From an uncultured Deinococcales bacterium (lineage in GTDB: Bacteria; Deinococcota; Deinococci; Deinococcales; JAAFIG01), in contig CAXTTL010000098.1 in assembly GCA_964247135.1 (NCBI GenBank), positions 1 through 16,901 of the forward strand: a stretch of DNA of 16,901 nucleotides, given 5' to 3'. The notes under the pieces were generated by a model. The model was given only the letters and a program-made list of their open reading frames with translations, ran no database searches and had not been told where the DNA came from. Positions within the stretch are counted from its first letter, which is position 1, and every line of letters begins with the position of its first letter. The position numbers were made by a program, and so were the translations under genes. This document shows positions 9,548 through 15,456 of this stretch, piece after piece.

Positions 9548-9598
9548 ACGCCGTGGTAACGCCGTGGTAACGCCGTGATAACGGTCATGCAAGATGCT
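9548..9598 (+). promoter_or_regulatory. Triple 11-bp tandem repeat plus -10-like hexamer
   Basis: ACGCCGTGGTA (9548-9558), ACGCCGTGGTA (9559-9569) and ACGCCGTGATA (9570-9580). GATGCT (9593-9598) lies 10 nt after the last half-site (ATAAC, 9578-9582). Confidence 0.6.
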
Positions 9599-9840
9599 GC
9601 ACTGGCGAGAAGCGAAAGTAAATTTGAACGCGCTCGAGTGATACAGAAAAGGGGTGAAATCTGGTTTTCAGTCCATCCGTTCGATCAAACCCAGCCTCAA
9701 TGCTCCCTCAGCTTCTCTTTCGTATTCGGACAGATTGAGAGCCTAGGTTTAACTCAATCTGGTCGCTATTTGTGGGTTTCTCGAGTCTACACCTGACCCG
9801 TTGCCCATCTGCAAGATGATCAGATTGAAAGGAGTGACAC

Positions 9841-10269
9841 ATGGATACGAACCTGATGGCTCGGGCTTCGGTAACAGTCGAATCCACCAATTCCGAGGTT
9901 TGGGACGCACTCGTGAACCCCGAAGCCATCAAGCAATACTATTTCGGCACGAACGCCGTCTCGGACTGGCTCGAGGGAAGCTCGATTGTCTGGAAGGGCG
10001 AGTTTAAGGGCAAACCCTACGAGGACAAGGGCGTGATTCTTCGGCTTGAACCTGGAAAGGTACTCCAGTACAGTCACTTCAGCCCACTTTCTGGGCTGCC
10101 GGACAAGCCTGAGAACTACCACACCGTGACCATCGAGCTGTCTGGCGAGGGGAACCAAACTCGGATTTCGCTAACCCAGGACAACAATTCAACCCAAGAG
10201 GCTCGAGAACACTCCGAGCAGAATTGGGGGACGATGCTCGAATCCCTGAAGAAATTTCTGGAACAGTAG
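9841..10269 (+). CDS. SRPBCC/AHSA1 (START-like) domain protein
   Basis: 142 aa. Motifs EVWDALVNPEAIKQYYFG, EPGKVLQYS and NWGTMLESLKKFLE. SD AAAGGAG. Confidence 0.9.
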   Translation: MDTNLMARASVTVESTNSEVWDALVNPEAIKQYYFGTNAVSDWLEGSSIVWKGEFKGKPYEDKGVILRLEPGKVLQYSHFSPLSGLPDKPENYHTVTIELSGEGNQTRISLTQDNNSTQEAREHSEQNWGTMLESLKKFLEQ

Positions 10270-10330
10270 AACCGATCAAACTCGAGCTTTAGAGGGCAGG
10301 CTGAGCCTAAGTGGTGCAAGGAGAACAAAC

Positions 10331-10879
10331 ATGAGAAAACTGATCATCAACGAGATGCTGACCCTGGACGGCGTCATGGAAGCACCAGAGAACTGGTCTG
10401 GCCCCTACCAAAACGATGAAATAGCACAGGAGAACACGGCGGGCATGGGCGCTTCCGATGCAATGCTCTTGGGACGCGTGACCTATGAAGGCTTTGCAGC
10501 ATTCTGGCCTCACCAGACCGATGACAAGACCGGAATCACCGACTACTTGAACAAAATACCCAAGTTCGTCGTCTCCTCGAGCCTGAAAAAAGCCGATTGG
10601 GTCAACACGACGATTTTGAGTGGTGACGCCGTAGAGGAAATCACCAAGCTGAAGCAGCAACCTGGCAAGAGCATCACGGTCACTGGGAGCGCCAAGCTTG
10701 TCCAGTCGCTGATGCAAGCTGACCTGATCGACGAGTATTCGCTTTTGGTCTTTCCCATCGTTCTGGGGAAAGGGAAGCGTTTGTTCCACAACGGTATTGA
10801 CTCGAGCCTGAAGCTCATCAAATCCAAGGCGTTCAGTTCTGGCGTGGTTTCGTTGACGTATCAGCCTGCGAAAAAGTGA
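10331..10879 (+). CDS. Dihydrofolate reductase-like protein (RibD C-terminal domain family)
   Basis: 182 aa. Motifs TLDGVMEAP, LLGRVTYE, GSAKLVQSL and DLIDEYSLLVFPIVLGKGKRLF. SD AAGGAG. Confidence 0.9.
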   Translation: MRKLIINEMLTLDGVMEAPENWSGPYQNDEIAQENTAGMGASDAMLLGRVTYEGFAAFWPHQTDDKTGITDYLNKIPKFVVSSSLKKADWVNTTILSGDAVEEITKLKQQPGKSITVTGSAKLVQSLMQADLIDEYSLLVFPIVLGKGKRLFHNGIDSSLKLIKSKAFSSGVVSLTYQPAKK

Positions 10880-10915
10880 ACGCTCGAGATTCTGTCTGAA
10901 AATCTGAGGGATTGA

Positions 10916-10959
10916 GACGCTCGAGAAATTCTTGTGCCTTTAGAAATTTCTCGAGCGTC
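10916..10959. repeat. Perfect 15-bp inverted repeat (hairpin) with CTCGAG in both arms
   Basis: GACGCTCGAGAAATT (10916-10930), 14-nt loop, AATTTCTCGAGCGTC (10945-10959). Intergenic, with no clear U-tract. Confidence 0.8.
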
Positions 10960-11041
10960 ACTTCCAGCGAATTTGGTTTTACCCTCTTGATGCTCGAGAT
11001 TGAAAAAGTGCGTGATGTCGGCTTTAAGGGCAAGAGGAATT

Positions 11042-11470
11042 ATGAAAAAAGCGGCAGAAAAGAATTCAAGTATCACAAACGTCAAAGCAAGGCTTTCGAT
11101 GCTGTGGATATTTGTGATACTCAACATGTTCTACGCGGATATTCTTTCTTTGATGGATTCCTCGTCAGCAATCCGCACACGCATGGTGGGAATCCCAATG
11201 TCTTCAGGGTTTTTATTGGCGGGTGCAGTGGTGATGGAAACCGTGATCGCTATGATTATTCTGTCTCGGTTATTACCCTATAAGGCAAATCACTGGGCAA
11301 ACATCATCGTAGCCGCATTGAATATCGTTGCCGTCGTAACTGGCGGTCACGGTCTCTACTACATCTTTTTTGCAACCATTGAAGTCCTGTCGATGCTGCT
11401 CATTGCTTGGCTCGCTTGGAGCTGGTCTGAAGTTGAGCTTATCGAGGAAGATCAAAATGAATTCAATTAA
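11042..11470 (+). CDS. DUF6326-like membrane protein
   Basis: 142 aa from the ATG at 11042 (SD AAGAGG). Motifs RLSMLWIFVILNMFYADIL, LSRLLPYKANHWANII and YYIFFATIE. Confidence 0.75.
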   Translation: MKKAAEKNSSITNVKARLSMLWIFVILNMFYADILSLMDSSSAIRTRMVGIPMSSGFLLAGAVVMETVIAMIILSRLLPYKANHWANIIVAALNIVAVVTGGHGLYYIFFATIEVLSMLLIAWLAWSWSEVELIEEDQNEFN

Positions 11471-12155
11471 ACAAACCGTAAGAATGACAGGATTGCTTTA
11501 TCTCGTTTTCATGCTGACTTTAATTTTTTCGTCGTTTGTTCGATCTAGAATTATTGTGTTCAGAAATGTTGTCACTACTGCCAATAATATTATGGCTTCC
11601 GAGTGGCTGTTTTGCATCAGTTTCATGAGTGAGATACTTTCTGTGGTGTTTTTTCTTTTGGCAGCTTGGGGTTTATATGTAATATTAAAATCAGTTGACA
11701 AAAATTTTGCTTTACTGTTTTTATTATTGAACTTGGGTGGCGTCATCATAGAGTGTATTAATATGCTTAACTTATTTGTTGCCCTACTGCTTTTGAGCGG
11801 TACAGATTACTTAAAAATATTCCAAGAAAGTCAACTACAATCCTTGGCGATGTTATTTCTCAACTTGTATCAGAATGGGTTCATGATTGCCCAAGTATTT
11901 TATGGTGCTTGGCTGCTTCCACTTGGTTATTTGGTTTTCAAGTCGGGCTTTCTGCCCAGAATTTTGGGCATATTATTGATGGTTGATTGTATTGGCATCC
12001 TGGTCTGGTTTTTTCAGTTTTTCCTTCTTCCAAATTACCCAGCAATATCTTATCCAAGTTACGTGATTGGTTTTATTGCAGAATTATCACTTGGTTTATG
12101 GCTTTTGATTAAGGGTGTAAACAAACAGAAACCAAATTTAATTGAGGCTAGATGA
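11457..12155 (+). CDS. DUF4386-like polytopic membrane protein
   Basis: 232 aa from the ATG at 11457 (SD GAGGA), overlapping the upstream gene by 14 nt. Motifs RMTGLLYL, TANNIMASE, FYGAWLLPLGYLVFKSGFLPRILG and AELSLGLWLLIKG. Confidence 0.82.
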   Translation: MNSIKQTVRMTGLLYLVFMLTLIFSSFVRSRIIVFRNVVTTANNIMASEWLFCISFMSEILSVVFFLLAAWGLYVILKSVDKNFALLFLLLNLGGVIIECINMLNLFVALLLLSGTDYLKIFQESQLQSLAMLFLNLYQNGFMIAQVFYGAWLLPLGYLVFKSGFLPRILGILLMVDCIGILVWFFQFFLLPNYPAISYPSYVIGFIAELSLGLWLLIKGVNKQKPNLIEAR

Positions 12156-12319
12156 TGTCCAGAAACAAAATTTTCTAATCGTACACTGCCAGTTTGACGC
12201 AATTCGGCGAAAGACTGGTGACCCTCGAGCCACCGTCTGGCTTTGGTCTCGGTGGTCGCGGCGCTGTTGTCCGTGTTTAGTTGCTCGAGCGCGAGGGTAC
12301 AGGCTGAGAGGGTTGGATC

Positions 12320-13126
12320 ATGAAACAATTGCTGACTTATTTTGGACTGGCGTACCTGATCTCTTGGATCATTTGGTTGCCTTTGTACGGGCATATTTTC
12401 GGGTTGTCCAATCTGCCAACCCTACCGTTTCAGCACGCGCTGGGTGGGCTGGGACCGTTGATCGCTTCGGTTTTAACAACTTGGATTTTCTTGAAAAAAG
12501 AGGGTTTGAAGAATTTGCTGGCAAAATGTTTTCAACTCAAACCTTTATTGTATTTGGCAATCGCTTTATTCAGTCCGTTTTTGCTGGCACTTGTCGCATT
12601 GCTGATGAGTTCGGTTTTGAATCACACGCCGTTTGATGTTTCTGGATTGCTCAAAACCAAGGAATTCCCTCAATTTAACTTCGCGGTTTTTTTCATGTAC
12701 AACCTCGCGTTTTTTGGCTTTGGCGAGGAGGTCGGTTGGCGCGGGTTTGCCCTCCCTCGGCTTCAAAATCGATTCAATGCCCTCACCTCGAGCCTGATCT
12801 TGACGGGTTTTTGGGCGTTATGGCATATCCCATTGTTTTTTTACAGACCAGGCTATACCGCAATGAATATCGGAGGAATTTTCGGCTGGGTGTTCAGTTT
12901 GCTGACCGGCAGCATTTTACTTTCTTGGTTGTACAACTCCTCAAAAGCGAGCATTCTGATTTGCGCAATTTTTCATTCAACCATTGATATTGCGTTCACA
13001 GCCGATATTGCCAACACAAACGTGGTGAATGACATGGGATTTTTAATCACTGTTTGGGGAATTCTGACCATTGTTATTTTCAAGCCAAAAAACCTGGCGT
13101 TCAATGCTCGAGAAAGATTGCCTTGA
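12320..13126 (+). CDS. CPBP family intramembrane metalloprotease (CAAX type II / Abi)
   Basis: 268 aa. Motif 1 GEEVGWRGFALPRL, motif 2 FWALWHIPLF, and C-terminal AIFHSTID. Confidence 0.92.
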   Translation: MKQLLTYFGLAYLISWIIWLPLYGHIFGLSNLPTLPFQHALGGLGPLIASVLTTWIFLKKEGLKNLLAKCFQLKPLLYLAIALFSPFLLALVALLMSSVLNHTPFDVSGLLKTKEFPQFNFAVFFMYNLAFFGFGEEVGWRGFALPRLQNRFNALTSSLILTGFWALWHIPLFFYRPGYTAMNIGGIFGWVFSLLTGSILLSWLYNSSKASILICAIFHSTIDIAFTADIANTNVVNDMGFLITVWGILTIVIFKPKNLAFNARERLP

Positions 13127-13181
13127 GCTTCATCTTCATGAAACTCTCGAGCCTCTTGGCACTGATCAACAGGAGGGCGAC

Positions 13182-13898
13182 ATCACACCCAATATTGCGT
13201 TGCGCAACTCGAGCGTGAAGCAGCAATTCCAAGTTTTTGCGGGATTGTCGCTTGGCATTGCGGCACTGTCAGAACTCGGTTATGTTTTAAACCCGCATTT
13301 GTTTCAAAACTATTTTGGTCTTCTGCATCCGTTGCTGGTCATTTTTTTGCTGGTCGTGTCGGGATTTTTGCTTTTGTTTTTTCTGGTTTCGCAGCATTTT
13401 TTTGTCGTATTTTCAAAAATAACCTTAAAAGAATGCGCCATCGGTTTTGTCCTGGCGGCGTGTTTTGCTTTCATTGCCATTGTGGTCGATGTCAACGTCA
13501 AGTTTCCCAAGGGCATGAACATTTTATTCCCCGAATCTCTGCTTTTTTATCCAGTGATCGGGTTCTGTGTTGAAATTATTTTTCATGTCTTGCCACTCTC
13601 GATTCTGATCTTGATTTTCAGTCGGTTTTTTCGTCAAACCGAAAAACCAAAAATGCTTTGGTTGAGTCTCGCCATCGTGTCATTGCTTGAGCCTGTTTTT
13701 CAAACGGTCAGCGGATTTTCGGCAAAAGTCCCCAATTGGGTTCTGGTTTGGACTGGTGTTCACGTATTTTTAATCAACCTTGTCCAGTTGATGATCTTTA
13801 AACGCAGCGGTTTTGTCTGGATGTACCTGTTCAGATTGATGTATTACGTTTTTTGGCATGTCGCCTGGGGTTATTTTCGACTGCGTGTGTTGTTTTGA
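13182..13898 (+). CDS. Hypothetical polytopic membrane protein (possibly degenerate CPBP-like); start uncertain
   Basis: About 7 TM segments, with VEIIFH and VFWHVAWG motifs. SD AGGAGG (13171-13176) precedes an in-frame ATC at 13182. Alternative starts are ATG 13104 (overlapping, no SD), TTG 13200 and GTG 13215. Confidence 0.7.
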   Translation: MTPNIALRNSSVKQQFQVFAGLSLGIAALSELGYVLNPHLFQNYFGLLHPLLVIFLLVVSGFLLLFFLVSQHFFVVFSKITLKECAIGFVLAACFAFIAIVVDVNVKFPKGMNILFPESLLFYPVIGFCVEIIFHVLPLSILILIFSRFFRQTEKPKMLWLSLAIVSLLEPVFQTVSGFSAKVPNWVLVWTGVHVFLINLVQLMIFKRSGFVWMYLFRLMYYVFWHVAWGYFRLRVLF

Positions 13899-13926
13899 TT
13901 TGCTGACAAACAGCCCCACTGACGTT

Positions 13927-13960
13927 TGGTAACACTTTGGTAATGCCGAGTCTTTAGGCT
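13927..13960 (+). promoter_or_regulatory. Putative activator-dependent promoter (GTAAY repeat plus -10)
   Basis: TGGTAAC (13927-13933) and TGGTAAT (13938-13944), 10 nt, then TAGGCT (13955-13960). Confidence 0.65.
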
Positions 13961-14008
13961 TCAACTCGAGATAAAAACCCCTGCGAGGGTTTCTCGAGGA
14001 AGGTTGTT

Positions 14009-14827
14009 ATGAACCTAGCCATTAAAATCTTGTTCGTTCTATTCTCGAGCCTGCTGGCTTTGGTGGGGCTGGTATTTGTTGGTTTGCAAGTCAAACCTGC
14101 ATCCTTCCCAGCCCTTACTTCAAACCACCCCAAGCTCGAGACGATTCCCTTGCCGGCTGGATTGCCTGCGCCAGTCGTGAAGTTTTACCGAAAAATATAT
14201 GGTGATCGAATTCCCTTGATTCATTCGGTGGTGATTTCTGGACGGGCAAGCATTCGTCCCGTTGGACCGATTAACATTCCGGCGCGGTTTCGTTTTACGC
14301 ACAAAGCGGGTCAGGATTACCGCCATTACATCGAAGCCACGATTTTTGGAATCCCGATTCTCAAAATCAACGAATCGTACCTGAAAAGCTCGAGCCGCCA
14401 AGAAATGCCTTGGGGGACAACAACAAACGATCCTCGAGCGAATCAGGCGGCGAATCTTGGCTTGTGGGCGGAAACCCTTTGGTATCCCAGCGTTTTTTTG
14501 ACCGACCCTCGGGTGCAGTGGAACGCCGTGGACGATGTGACCGCAACCCTGACTGTACCGTTTGAGAAAAGCACCGAAACGTTTATTGCACGTTTTGATC
14601 CAATCACTCACTTGCTCACATACCTCGAGTCGATGCGCTTCAAGACCGATCACAAAGTCTTGTGGATCAATGAGGCTCGGGTTTGGGACGATGTTGGCGG
14701 GGTTACGGTTCTAAAAGAATCTGCTGTGATTTGGATGGATGACGGCAAACCTTGGGCGAATTTTGAGGTTGAAGAAATCGAATTCAACACCGATGTCGGC
14801 AAAACCATCGGCGGTACGGGCTTGTAA
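14009..14827 (+). CDS. N-terminally anchored protein, DUF6544-like
   Basis: 272 aa. N-terminal TM, then GLPAPVVKF, LWAETLWYPSVFL and VQWNAVDDVTA, with a beta-rich C-terminus. SD GAGGAAGG. Confidence 0.72.
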   Translation: MNLAIKILFVLFSSLLALVGLVFVGLQVKPASFPALTSNHPKLETIPLPAGLPAPVVKFYRKIYGDRIPLIHSVVISGRASIRPVGPINIPARFRFTHKAGQDYRHYIEATIFGIPILKINESYLKSSSRQEMPWGTTTNDPRANQAANLGLWAETLWYPSVFLTDPRVQWNAVDDVTATLTVPFEKSTETFIARFDPITHLLTYLESMRFKTDHKVLWINEARVWDDVGGVTVLKESAVIWMDDGKPWANFEVEEIEFNTDVGKTIGGTGL

Positions 14828-14842
14828 AACCCGAGGTGAAAT

Positions 14843-15223
14843 ATGTCCAAATGGATGCTGTACTTGGCTGGATTCGTGTTGATCGCGCACGGACTGATTC
14901 ACCTGATGGGAACGACGGTTTACCTGCGCCTGGGTGATGTTCAAGGTTTTGCTTACAAGACCACGTTGCTCGGCGGGCGCTGGGACGTTGGCGCTGCTGG
15001 CATCGGTATTTTTGGCACGTTGTGGGCGGTCGCCGCCCTGGGTTTTATCGTCTCGAGTGTCGGAATGGTGACTGATAAAAGTTGGTGGCAACCCGTGCTG
15101 ATTGCGGTCAGCGTTTTCTCGCTGGTCTTGACGGGTTTGGACTCGAGCCTCGCCTTTGCTGGGGTGATTCTAAACCTTGTCATTTTGGCGCTTTTGTTTT
15201 GGTCGCGCCGCTCGAGTATCTGA
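14843..15223 (+). CDS. Four-TM hypothetical membrane protein
   Basis: 126 aa. Motif LIAHGLIHLMG. SD GAGGTG. Starts 15 nt downstream of the previous gene. Confidence 0.8.
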   Translation: MSKWMLYLAGFVLIAHGLIHLMGTTVYLRLGDVQGFAYKTTLLGGRWDVGAAGIGIFGTLWAVAALGFIVSSVGMVTDKSWWQPVLIAVSVFSLVLTGLDSSLAFAGVILNLVILALLFWSRRSSI

Positions 15224-15270
15224 GCATCCCGAAATTCGTTGCAATCACCGATCAGAACTCGAGGAGCAAG

Positions 15271-15456
15271 ATGTTGAATAATGCCGTTTCACAACCCCTT
15301 CAAAACTCGAGCAGTGACGTTACAGAATTGAGAAGTCAAGCGCGTTTGGGCACAATGCCGATTGTGCCAGCGTCTTTGCAACTCATGCGCATTTGCGGGA
15401 TCGCGCTGGGCACAATTCAGATGATTGCCCGAGCCGTGCGTCGGTTGGGCGCATGA
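15271..15456 (+). CDS. Putative small protein (61 aa) translationally coupled to pyruvate kinase
   Basis: SD GAGGAG (15261-15266), ATG at 15271. Its TGA overlaps the pyk ATG (ATGA at 15453-15456). No recognisable family. Confidence 0.45.
   Translation: MLNNAVSQPLQNSSSDVTELRSQARLGTMPIVPASLQLMRICGIALGTIQMIARAVRRLGA

Noticed and set aside
9548-9583. Possible CRISPR or iteron array
   Set aside because: The units are 11 bp and contiguous with no spacers. No cas or rep gene is in the window.
9640-9680. GGGGTGAAAT resembling part of an FMN riboswitch, upstream of a RibD_C-domain gene
   Set aside because: The other conserved RFN elements and pairings are absent, and the downstream protein is the stand-alone DHFR-like type.
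9575-9796. 73-aa ORF in the leader region (and similarly 4511-4729)
   Set aside because: No SD, no recognisable motifs, and they overlap a predicted promoter or the next gene.
6327-15223. Integron cassette array
   Set aside because: I found no recurring attC-like RYYYAAC...GTTRRRY elements and no integrase. Several genes overlap or are translationally coupled.
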